Of a stretch of 64,000 nt of DNA, positions 33,461-44,406 are shown one piece after another; the first letter of the stretch is position 1, and every line of letters begins with the position of its first letter. The notes under the pieces are model-generated. The model was given only the letters and a program-made list of their open reading frames with translations, did not search any database and was not told the origin of the DNA. A program made the translations under genes and the position numbers. This stretch comes from Eutreptiella sp. 'Long Island Sound 2002' (Eukaryota > Protista > Euglenida). The stretch lies in contig OZ038379.1 in NCBI GenBank assembly GCA_964036045.1, forward strand, positions 25,234,001 to 25,298,000, in the 5' to 3' direction.

Positions 33461-34453
33461 TCTAGGGCCCGCCGGCAAAGTGCGGCACCGCCAGACCTAG
33501 AAAGGTTATACGTGTACCAGGCAGCGGAAAGCAAGCAACACAACACCAGCCCTCAAAATTACTCATGGCATAGCCCAAGCCACGCAACAACACACCAACG
33601 GACACAACACCCAATAGCAACAACAGCTGCGGCATACTTGGTGCCTCTAGAGATTGCCAGAATGAAGGCAATTGCATTGTCTTTCACCAGCTGTGGGCAT
33701 ATAGGCAGGGGGGGGGGGGGCAAACCACATAGCTTTAGGTAGGGGTGCCTGGTAGACTTAGTAGGCAAGTCAGGCAATTGTGCTGCCTGCGCTCTGACGT
33801 CTAAGAGAAGGGCGTCACGTGCCAACGTCCACTCAGGGCAGTGCCACAGCGCATGTTCCTCGGTTTGTGGCGCCCGCTTATAGTACGGGCAGAGTGGAGA
33901 ATCCCTCATGCCCCTCTGATGCGCGCGTAGCGCAGTCCATAGCGCTCCTGTGAGGAGAGTCCGAATCAGCAATTTTTCTTGCTCCCATGGAATTTGATCG
34001 AGGCAGTCCCTCAACAGGTGTCTGTTTGATGCGTAATCCATACCGGCGAACTGCCTTGGCCTGCGGGACACCGGCTGATTTATGCATTGCGACCTGAGTT
34101 GCTCTCGGGTAGTGTGTTTCGGATCTTGTTTGACAGGTGATGGCATGGGGGTTCCCTGGCGCTTTCCATTTCCACCACCCTACAACTGGGGTCCGGCCCA
34201 GGACTTGAGTGTACCCACCGCCCTCCCGAAGGGACAGCGCACGGAGCTAGCTGGATTGGCCTTCCATACTGCTTGCGTTGTGATGAGTGCACGGCCTAAC
34301 ATGACACAGTCGTGCAAGCCAAAGCGCCCTTTGGTATGTAATAGGAAGAGTAGGCAACACTCTGTGTCCCGGGCACAGCAAGCAGAAGATCACCTCGCGT
34401 GCATGGCCTGGCCTCGACGGGCCCCAGATTGTGTTAACATTCTTAGTTTCAAA

Positions 34454-37400
34454 TCACCTCGCAGAGGTTGTTAGATCAAAGCCAGGCAGGCGTATATATG
34501 GGGAAAACGCCACATACCCCCCCATTTTGGCCTTTTTGGGCCTATTCGCGTACCCTACCCCAAGGGGTTGAATTGTTGGTTTAACCCCTTGTAAAATCAT
34601 TATTTTGTCCAATAAACGCATCCCCCAATGAGTTTTTGGTCCGGACCCCCCTAGACCCCCCCCACTTGAAACCCACTTTTTTGAGGTTTTGAGGGAGGGG
34701 GGGGGGTCAAAAAATGACCCCCCCATTTTTTAGGTCGAAAATCATGAATCTTTTGGTTTTTTTTTGATTTTGAGCCGAAAAAGTGTTTCCGGGTCCCGAC
34801 TCCATAGGGTTTGTATGGGGCGGAGTGGGACGAGCGCTTATGCAGTTTATGCACTTTTCAGCCATTTTTGGTATGTTGGCGGTTTTGGCGACCTCGGTAA
34901 ACCCGTGGTACCCACTTTGAGGGGTGCGAGTGGGGATGTTGTGACAGTATCTGCCTCCTAGTATACGGAAGGACGTTTTTTGCAGTCTCTAGCCTTGCTT
35001 AGGGCCGTTCACAACCCGTGCCAAAAACGCAAAATGGCTCTTTCCACCAATAATGGCTTAGTGAATGGGATGGTACACAACCTGCTTATGCAGTTTTTTA
35101 CCCTGGACAGCTCAAAAATCGAAGTTTCCGAAACTTACTTTTTTGACATCGTGATCACCTAAAATGACCATCCAAGCTATGTAAAGCATGTTTTAGGCCG
35201 TATTTACGTGTTTTTCACCCAATTTGGGTATTAGGTCCGGGGGGGGGGGGGGCTTCCAAGGGATTGGTACACAACCTGCTTATGCACTTTTTCACTATGG
35301 ACAGCTCAAAAATCGAAGTTTTCGAAACTTGTTTTTTTGATGTTGTGACCACTTAAAATGACCATTCAAGCTATGTAAAGCATGTTTTAGGCCGTATTTA
35401 CGTGTTTTTCACCCAATTTGGGTATTAGGTCCGGGGGGGGGGGGGGGGCTTCCAAGGGATTGGTACACAACCTGCTTATGCACTTTTTCACTATGGACAG
35501 CTCAAAAATCGAAGTTTTCGAAACTTGTTTTTTTTGATGTTGTCATCACCTAAAATGACCATCCAATTTATGTAAAGCATGTTTTAGGCCGTATTTACGT
35601 GTTTTTCACCCTATTTGGGTATTGGGTTGGGGGGGGGGTCTCCCAAGGGATTGGTACACAACCTGCTTATGCAGTTTTTCACCTTGGACAGCTCAAAAAT
35701 CGAAGTTTTTGAAACTTGTTTTTTTGACATCGTGATCACCTAAAATGACCATCCAAGGTATGTAAAGCATGTTTTAGGCCGTATTTACATGTTTTTCACC
35801 CAATTTTGGGTATTTGGGTATTACCTCCGGGGGGGGGGGTCTCCCAAGGGATTGGTACACAACCTGCTTATGCAGTTTTTCACCTTGGACAGCTCAAAAA
35901 TCGAAGTTTTTGAAACTTGTTTTTTTGATATTGTCATCACCCAAAATGACCATTCAAGCAATGTAAAGCATGTTTTAGGCTGTATTTACGTGTTTGTAAC
36001 CTTATTTGGGTATTGGGGGGGGGGTCTCCTAGGGGATAAGTACACAACCTGCTTGTGCAGTTTTTCACCGTGGAGAGCTCAAAAATCGAAGTTTTCGAAA
36101 CTTGTTTTTTTGATACCGTGATCACCTAAAATGACCATCCAAGGTATGTAAAGCATGTTTTAGGCCGTATTTATGTAGTTTCCACCCTATTTTGGGTACG
36201 TGTTGCTCGGTGTAGATTCTCTGCGAGGTGGACTTGCCGCAGGCAATAGAATCACCTCGCAGAGGTTGTTAGATCAAAGCCAGGCAGGCGTATATATGGG
36301 GAAAACGCCACATACCCCCCCATTTTGGCCTTTTTGGGCCTATTCGCGTACCCTACCCCAAGGGGTTGAATTGTTAGTTTAACCCCTTGTAAAATCATTA
36401 TTTTGTCCAATAAACGCATCCCCCAATGAGTTTTTGGTCCGGACCCCCCCAGACCCCCCCCCACTTGAAACCCACTTTTTTCAGGTTTTGAGGGAGGGGG
36501 GGGGTGGGGGGGTGGGGGGGGGGTCAAAAAATGACCCCCCCTTTTTTTGGGTCGAAAATCATGAATCTTTTGGTTTTTTTCGATTTTGAGCCGAAGAAGT
36601 GTTTCCGGGTCCCGACTCCATAGGGTTTGTATGGGGCGGACTGGGACGAGCGCTTATGCAGTTTATGCACTTTTCAGCCATTTTTGGTATGTTGGCGGTT
36701 TTGGCGACCTCGGTGACCCCGTGGTACCCACTTTGAGGGGTGCGAGTGGGGATGTTGTGACAGTATATGCATGCTAGGATACGCAAGGACGTTTTTTGCA
36801 GTCTCTAGCCTTGCTTAGGGCCGTTCACAACCCGTGCCAAAGACGCAAAATGGCTCTTTCCACCAATAATGGCCTAGTGAATGGGCCGGTACACAACCTG
36901 CTTATGCAGTTTTTCACCCCGGACAGCTCAAAAATGGAAGTTTTCGAAACTTCTTTTTTTGATATTGTGACCACCTAAAATGACCATCCAAGCTATGTAA
37001 AGCATGTTTTAGGCCGTATTTACGTGTTTTTCACCCCATTTGGGTATTATGTCCGGGGGGGGGGGGTCTCCCAAGGGATTGGTACACAACCTGCTTATGC
37101 AGTTTTTCACCCCGGACAGCTCAAAAATGGAAGTTTTTGAAACTTGTTTTTTTTGATATTGTGACCACCCAAAATGACCATCCAAGGTATGTAAAGCATG
37201 TTTTAGGCCGTATTTACGTGTTTTTCACCCTATTTGGGTATCAGGTCGGGGGGGGGGGGGGGCTCCTAGGGGATTGGTACACAACCTGCTTATGCAGCTT
37301 TTCACCCCGGACAGCTCAAAAATCGAAGTTTTCGAAACTTGTTTTTGTGATATTGTGATCACCTAAAATGACCATCCAAGGTATGTAAAGCATGTTTTAG

Positions 37401-37879
37401 GCCGTATTTACGTGTTTTTCACCCCATTTGGGTATTAGGTCCAGGGGGGGGGGTCTCCCAAGGGATTGGTACACAACCTGCTTATGCAGTTTTTCACCCC
37501 GGACAGCTCAAAAATGGAAGTTTTTGAAACTTGTTTTTCTGATATTCTGACCACCTAAAATGATCATCCAAGGTATGTAAAGCATTTTTTAGGCCGTATG
37601 TACATCTTTTTCACCCTATTTGGGTATTAGGTCCCGGGGGTGGGGGGGGGGGTCTCCCAAGGGATTGGTACACAACTTGCTAGTGCAGTTTTTCACCCTG
37701 GGCAGCTCAAAAATCGAAGTTTTTGAAACTTGTTTTTTTGATACCGTGATCACCTAAAATGATCATCCAAGGTATGTAAAGCATGTTTTAGCCCGTATTT
37801 ATGTAGTCTCCACCCTATTTGGGGTGTGTGTTGCTCGCGGTAGATTCTCTGCGAGGTGGACTTGCCGAAGGCAATAGAA
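34454..37879 (+). mobile_element. Head-to-tail dimer (34454-36251 and 36252-37879) of a non-autonomous Helitron2/Helentron-like element
   Basis: Each copy starts TCACCTCGCAGAG and ends with the subterminal inverse CTCTGCGAGGTG, a TTGCC-NNN-GGCAA hairpin and TAGAA. Inserted at A|T with no TSD; the two copies share a ~600-bp header. Confidence 0.72.
35060..37800. repeat. ~193-bp tandem repeats inside the Helitron2-like copies (6 and 5 units)
   Basis: GGTACACAACCTGCTTATGC-like anchor at about 35072, 35266, 35462, 35653, 35854 and 36039, then 36888, 37081, 37277, 37468 and 37665. Confidence 0.95.
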
Positions 37880-39351
37880 TTTCCGCAGGTCCTTGGGATG
37901 GCAACAATCTCTGTGGCGTGCAGCCCCGTCACATTTATCATGGTAGCTACCACTTGGGACCTCTTGTCAAAGCTGCCCTCTACCGTAAAACCTCTGTCCA
38001 ACAGGGTGGAGGCTCGTGCGATGCGCTTGAGAATTAGGGGGCCACATGCGATGCCATCAGTCGTTCTGACGCCCGCTCCCAGTGAGCGAAATTCAGTTTC
38101 GTGGGGGAATGGGACTCCTTGCAAAGCTGGGGGAGCAAAGAGCGATTTGTCAGTCCGAAACCCGACAGATTTCGTGGCATTTACCCCCCTGCCCTGCCCT
38201 GTGCAGCCAGTCTTCTGTGCATTGCAGAAGGGGGTGCAGACTTGCTGTTTCCAGCAACCAGACCACAGGTGTCGTCAGCATAGCCCAGCGCCATGATAAT
38301 AAAATGCAAGGCCTCTTCGGGCGATTGATTTGGCAAGGCATTGGCCGTGATTTTAACTGGCTGCTGCCTGCTGCTGGGCATCCAGCACTCTTTTCCATAC
38401 GCTGGTAAGTAGGTTTGTGAGCATGGCACTGAGTGGACACCCTTGAAGGATGCCATTTGTAGCAGCGAAAAAGGAATACAGGTGTCCCAAAATTGTGTGC
38501 ATGTGTGTGACAGAAGGCCAACACGGCGCAGAGAGAATACCGCAGAAAGAATACCTCTGGGATAGGTACACTCAAAACACACAGAGGCACACAGGCACAC
38601 AGGGAAACACGCTTGATGAACCAAAAGGTTCCAGGAAAAAAGGTGGGTTGAACATACACACCAGCCTCCAGTCTGTGCGGTTACCCCACCCACTTGTCCA
38701 AATGACGGCCGGAGTGCAAAATCTGACGTCGACCAACATCCAGTGTTGTTTGGCAAACAGAGTTGTCTGTGCGGTACAGCACGCAATATCCACATCCAGT
38801 GCACAGTCTGGACCATAAGTGGCACATGGAGGAGGTCTGCAGGTAAAACAAAAGCCCACCCGGCAATCGTTTGGGCTCATGTATGCCCAGCGGCCCAGCC
38901 GCCAGTGCAGTCCCATTTCTTGGCACCACTGCCTGCCCCCCCCCTCCCCAGCTCAGGGCCAAAGTGGCCATGGAACAGGTTACGTCCACAGCGCCAAAAG
39001 ACGCTGCCGGAGTTCACCCCAAGGACAGTCTGCAAACGGCTGAGGTACGCAGCTTTGGCGAAACACCGAATCTTCGCTATTTTGGCATTTGGTTCCAAGG
39101 TACCACAGCACAGAAAGATCTGTCAACACATATTGATCGTTACTAAAAAAAATAAGTGTGACATTCAATCAATTGTGAGAAAATCACAGAAACAATGTGT
39201 TCTGTTCTCTAGACATGGCGCTGTCTGGCCATAAATCAGCGATGGTTGCTACCCTCCAGATTCACTCTGGCATTCATGGCGTTATCTGGACAAAGGGGAG
39301 GGGTCAAGCCCCCCGCTGCTCCTGCCACTGGACTGTTTTGGTACAAGACAC

Positions 39352-39861
39352 CTTCAGAACAGTCGAGCGTTCAGGCTCCCTCCGATAGGGATCGTGGAGG
39401 TGTTCCTCTGCGATGGTGTCCGACTGCTTCAAATTCCCAATTCGCATGGACTCCAGCATTGCCCGCGTGGAGTGCTTCCCGTGTTGCTGGTAAAACTTCC
39501 AGAAGGGCTCAATGGACCCTCCAGCAGCGAGGGAGATCTTCTCACCTCCCCCCGGGTGCTTTGCGATGAAATCCGTGATGTCATACACACCGCGGCGGTA
39601 CGTCACCCAGACCCGTTGTTCTGGGCTGTCGTGTGCACCCACTTCTGTGGCAGAGTATTCAGGCAGGCCGGCGATGAACGCCCCCACTGCGTCGCCCTCT
39701 TCGTCTTTGCCAAAGAGGAAATGCGGACGGTAGTAAGCAGCAGCGGCTATGCTCAGGACGAGGGCCGCACGAATGGCAGTCCCACGTCCACGCGTAGCAT
39801 GCTGGAAAGGACCGAATGCAACTGCCTGCTTCGAAAGCTGCCTTGCAGCGGACAACACCAT
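39352..39861 (-). CDS. SUOX: Sulfite oxidase exon 1 (basic presequence, hydrophobic segment, cytochrome b5 heme domain)
   Basis: MVLSAARQLSK...AALVLSIAAAAYY; b5 motifs WVTYRRGVYDITDFIAKHPGG and QQH; GT donor at 39351. Confidence 0.95.
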
Positions 39862-39873
39862 TCAAACGAAACG

Positions 39874-39950
39874 CTGAGAAGAGTAAGGGAGGCAGCGGAG
39901 CAGGGAAGGAGGGAGGGAGGGTGGGAGGGAGGGGAGGGAGGGGAGGGAGG
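39874..39950 (-). promoter_or_regulatory. Polypyrimidine tract and CAG acceptor 12 nt upstream of the SUOX ATG (candidate trans-splice site)
   Basis: Minus strand ...cccttactcttctcAG|cgtttcgtttgaATG. Confidence 0.55.
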
Positions 39951-40789
39951 GACAGAGAGGCCCTACCACCCCCTCCTCCCTCGCTCACACGAAACAAGAC
40001 GAACAAAACAAGAGATCACGGGACAGGTGCAGAGTATGTTACACAGGGGGGGCACCTGGCGCAGTGCGTGCGCGGCACAGAGAATAGGCGGTCTGGCCCA
40101 ACCAAGCACCCGCGTTACTACTTCAGGAACCCCTCGTTTATTTTGTTTTAGAGGTTATGTAGCCTTTTTGGATTCCTTTCCTTGTTGGGGACACCATTTG
40201 GAGGCATGTGTCTGAGTGCAATACTTTCCATCTCCATTTTTGCAGTGATTGTTTCGGATTAATTGCTGGCACAGGCAGAGTAGGTTGCCAGCTAAATTAT
40301 TGTTCCCTTTCTTTTGGGTATATAGATTAATTCATTGAGTTCCCCTTTTGCTTGTGCGATGTTTGTGGGAAGGAGGGATGGTTACAGAGGTCTTGTACCC
40401 AAGGGTTTGCTCTCCTTAGAGGGCATTTTTGGAGGGGGTAAAAGCCAACCCATTCCGGGTAAACCCGCTGTAAACGTCGCGTGTGGTGCGGCGTCTGCTT
40501 TTCATGAACACACGAGTGGGTTGTTTTGTGCTTTACTCTCATGTGTCACACCACACCACCGGTTGTGTTCTGATTTTTTAATTGGAAGAACACTGTTTTT
40601 GTTTCGCGCAACAATTTGTTACTAGACAACAACGGTCCCCAATGGTGGATCATTTGCACTTTTTTTTTTGCATGCCACACCATGTAACTGGGTGTGCTTT
40701 GGAATTTGGAATTTGTTGTGCTTTTTTTTTTGGAGGGAGAGGGCGCATGAGCGGATTGTTTTGTGCTTGACTCTATTCCAAAACTGATT

Positions 40790-41020
40790 CCTTTGATATT
40801 GTGATGATGATCAAATACCAATTGCAAAGCATGTCCCCAGGCCCTCTTTACACATTTCCCCACCTACTTGGGCATTGGGCACCCAGGGGGCGGGGGTTGG
40901 AATTCCCAAAGGGACTGATGTACAAACTGCTTGAGTAGTTTTTTGCCATCAACAGCTCAAAAGTCAAAAATTCCAAAACAGTTTTTCTGGATATTGTGAC
41001 CACTAACGATGATCAAATAT
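40790..41020 (+). repeat. Diverged solo copy (~1.2 units) of the ~193-bp repeat
   Basis: GATATTGTG...GCAAAGCATG...CCCAAAGGGACTGATGTACAAACTGCTT...ACAGCTCAAAAG aligns by eye with the unit at 35-37 kb. Confidence 0.65.
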
Positions 41021-43000
41021 CCACTGTGAGTAAGGGAGTGAGTCAGTGATGGAGGGAGGGAGTTGGAGTTGGCATTTGCAGAGCACCTTAGACAGCGTGC
41101 AAACCACCGTCTAAGCCAGGGACCGTTTGTGTGGCTGCAGATGGAACTTTGGGAGAGTACCGGTGATGTGGTGTGGCATGCCACGGCAATGAAAAAACCA
41201 ACCACACCCTGTTCTTGCCAAAAAACAAAGAGGGTTTCGAAGCACAGACCAATGAGGCCCTCCACCTTACTGGCCGAAGCATGCACAGAGACGACTAGTT
41301 CCACAGCGAAAGGAAGAGTCCAACCAGCAGCAGAGAAACCCCTTTTGCTGCCCTCGGATGCATAAGCGAATTTGTGTCGTCCATGGGGATTGCATAATCT
41401 TCAAAACGTACCATTATACAGCACTACACCAGAAGTACCAAAGTTTTTAATCAGAAAATCGGCAGTTTGTAATTAATTGCACTTGGAAATAGGAGAGCCT
41501 TGTTTCCCCAAAAAGGGATGCATGTCATTTCAGCATGGTTTTTCAGCACAATGAGTCCGCTCAGATGGATTGAGATGGGCAGCTAACCTCCAAACAATAA
41601 GTGTGCTTCAATATTGAGTCGGTGAAATAAGCCACGCAGCTGCATGGCTTGTGCAGAGAGATGTTCCATTTTTTAATTTGAGCTGGAATGAACAATGTCT
41701 ACTGTCCGAAAAGCCATCCGCATTGTGTTGGAAAACATTCAGTCAGGACCCCAACTTGTTAGTACAGGCTCTCCTCTGTTTATGGTTGTTGCAAGAGTGC
41801 AAGAGTGCACCTTTTTCATAAGGTGTGCTCGATTGTGTATGGCTTCGTGGCATTCTGTGTCTCTGGATGTGTACAAATCTTAGCGCAAAGTCACACGATG
41901 ATACCTTCTTTTGGCGTCGTACAATTCAACACCCAACCGTACGAATTTACGAAAGCATGACAAAAAGTTGCTGCTATCTTTTTCATCGCAACACTCGAAC
42001 ATTGAAATTAGACACATGTCCAGCAACCGTGGAAGGTGTTTGTATGAAGATGTCACGTAGTTTGCATGGTTCTATTTGCCCATTAGCATTTTGCTATGTT
42101 TGCAACAGCTGTATAATTTGCACGTGTTCCGGTGCGTGATATTGTAATGCTTGATGCTCAATAATTGGCCCGCATCTTGCTGAGGCATTGAGACGGTTTG
42201 GATGGTGTTTGTTGCATTGCCATGTATCGATGTTGTGGCGTCAAGGTGCAAAAGGAGGACATCATTGAACAACCACACCACAGAAGTGCAGTTGCCACCA
42301 TGGCTAATATCAAGAGAGTAGCACCGGAATTGCCAAACAATCTTGAGGCCCGAACAGAGCCATTCCGCGAGCAAATGATACTTGCCAAAAGGAAAAATTG
42401 TCGGGGATGCTAGGATCCAATCTTAGGCCGGACCAGTCACAAAGGGAAAAGGATTGCAATCCAGACTGAGTCATTGGGGAGGGGGGGAAAGTCCGATCCA
42501 TGATCCATGGACGCAAAAATCCCGTTGAGAGCATGTACGGCACGTTGCTCAATGCTTTTGCTCATGTCAAGGCATGTTGTGAGCAAGGTGGTGGATTTTT
42601 TTTTGGAAGAGCGTTGTGCCGTGTTTCCTGAATAGTTGACTTTCATGTCGAATTTTTGTTGGAAATTTTACTCACCCCAAAAAACAATAATGCTGCAATG
42701 ACAGAAGAGAATTGTCCCACAAACGAGATGAGACGGCTTTCGCAGACTATGCCCCCTATGTGCCCGTAACTATCGTGCATGGAATCATACACAGAAAAAA
42801 AATAACCACCCATGCACAAACCGCTAGCTCCTGACTTGTGTGCACAGCAATGATCCACACCGTAAACCAACAACACCTGTGTCACATTGGGCATGCACAA
42901 CATGAAGCCAAAGACAAGCGGACAACAGGCGACACGGAGAGTTTTCACATCAATGTTTATATGAACAAAACTGGAATGAAAGCGATGTTTATTCCACCGA

Positions 43001-43046
43001 CAATACAATACAATACAATACAATACAATACAATACAATACAATAC
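43001..43046. repeat. (CAATA)n pentanucleotide repeat
   Basis: Nine perfect units. Confidence 0.95.
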
Positions 43047-43229
43047 TCTATCCTTAGATTTATGACTCCCGTAATCCCGTAACAATATAACCCTGACATA
43101 GCACGCTTCACGAGTACGAAACCACTCACGTTCTGGCTCGTGCTTCCCTTCCGCTGATTAGTCAATGCAATAGGTCCTGCCCCTGCCCCCACTGCCTCGG
43201 CGGATTCTACACTTGCATTGCAAATGAAA

Positions 43230-43317
43230 CACACAAATGCACACACACGCACTCACACACGCGCGCGCACGCGCCCACAAACACACACAAACACAAACAC
43301 ACACACACACACACACA
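43230..43317. repeat. Imperfect (CA)n-rich tract
   Basis: Interrupted CA/CG dinucleotide run. Confidence 0.85.
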
Positions 43318-44094
43318 TGATGAAAGAAATGTCGAGATGTGCATGCGCAAAGCTGAATGGAAAGAGATGCAAATCGATGCAACGACGATCTCTTCACATT
43401 GCATGTCTTCCATTGCGACTTCATAAAAACTCAGGGAGGCGCCTGGAGAAATGCCAATGCTTAACACATATCCTGCACCTTATTCACTAGGCACTGCCAT
43501 TTCTCGGGATTGCCTGGATTTATGTGGAGTACACCTCACATTAATGGGTCCTCCCAACCACCAGATGGCTGAAGTGGACGTCACCCGCAGGAACTCGTGT
43601 CCGCTCCCGCAAACATGCCAAAAGGACAGGGGCGGGGCATTTGTGAAACACCCGACAGACGAGGCGACTCAACACAAGCGTAGGTTGATGAGCCATTGGG
43701 TGGTCCGACTCGACAGTCCTGGGATATATGCGGCTGTGACTTGTCGACTGGCTCGATCAATATGATTGTACCAGAGGATCCGAGCCGGGACTGCTTTTGC
43801 ATGGGGTCCTGATATGGGGCGGGAACCTGGGCGCACGGTGTGTGTGGGAGGTGCAGACTCAGGAAGGCCCGCGACATTCCAAGGCTCACGCAGATGAGGC
43901 CGTCTCAACGGACGGAGCGTGCAAAAGCCAGTCAGAAATTTTAATGTTCCAGAGCTCCGCCAGAGTCGAAGAGTTCGGGCAGAGACAGATTTGGGAAGTG
44001 CCTTTGCAACCTCGCCACTTGGACTGTAAACCTGACTTACGACTCAGATTTGGGCCTGAAAGATTCTGAGCTCAGTGAGCGAATTCTACAGTAG

Positions 44095-44118
44095 GAGAGA
44101 GAGAGAGAGAGAGAGAGA
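44095..44118. repeat. (GA)n microsatellite just 3-prime of the FKBP stop
   Basis: 12 GA units. Confidence 0.9.
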
Positions 44119-44123
44119 CCCAA

Positions 44124-44406
44124 CTAAGCCACGTTGTCCAATTTAATGATGAAGTCCACTTCGGCATTCGGCGGAATTACACACTTGGTCACACCACCGG
44201 CAACTTTGCTGGGGATATCCCGAGGAGCGGCCATTGTACACCCGGCACCGACCTTTCCATACGCCAGATCTGGGGTCACCCGGATCTGCCGGGTGCCGCC
44301 TACTTTCATACGGGGCATATTTTTGCCTCCCAGCAGAGCGATATCCCATGCCTCAATGACCTCACCGTTGCCCACCTGGAAACTAACCGACTGGCCAACA
44401 TCGAAT
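44124..44406 (-). CDS. FKBP: FKBP-type peptidyl-prolyl isomerase, last exon
   Basis: FQVGNGEVIEAWD, MKVGGTRQIRVTPDLAYG and CVIPPNAEVDFIIKL. CAG acceptor at 44409-44407; phase 2 joins TGE-R-FDVG. Confidence 0.93.

Larger units (their letters stand above)
33560..38560 (-). mobile_element. Non-LTR retrotransposon (LINE) RT-thumb-zinc knuckle relic, split by the Helitron2-like dimer
   Basis: GILQGCPLS (~38440), LGYADD (~38280), FRSLG, and CPYY...EEHALWHC (~33860). The frame LRKFETKNVNTIWGP is restored when 34454-37879 is removed. Confidence 0.85.
29232..39351 (-). other. SUOX intron, 10120 nt, GT...AG
   Basis: Joining AAG to GTG gives DPYRREPERSTVLK-VHTQKPFNGETP, colinear without gaps with the human SUOX segment as I recall it ([25 protein letters not shown]). 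Confidence 0.85.

Noticed and set aside
29232-39351. Euglenid non-conventional intron for the SUOX junction
   Set aside because: No +4..+6 CAG pairing with a -8..-6 CTG in any sliding register I tried; GT-AG fits.
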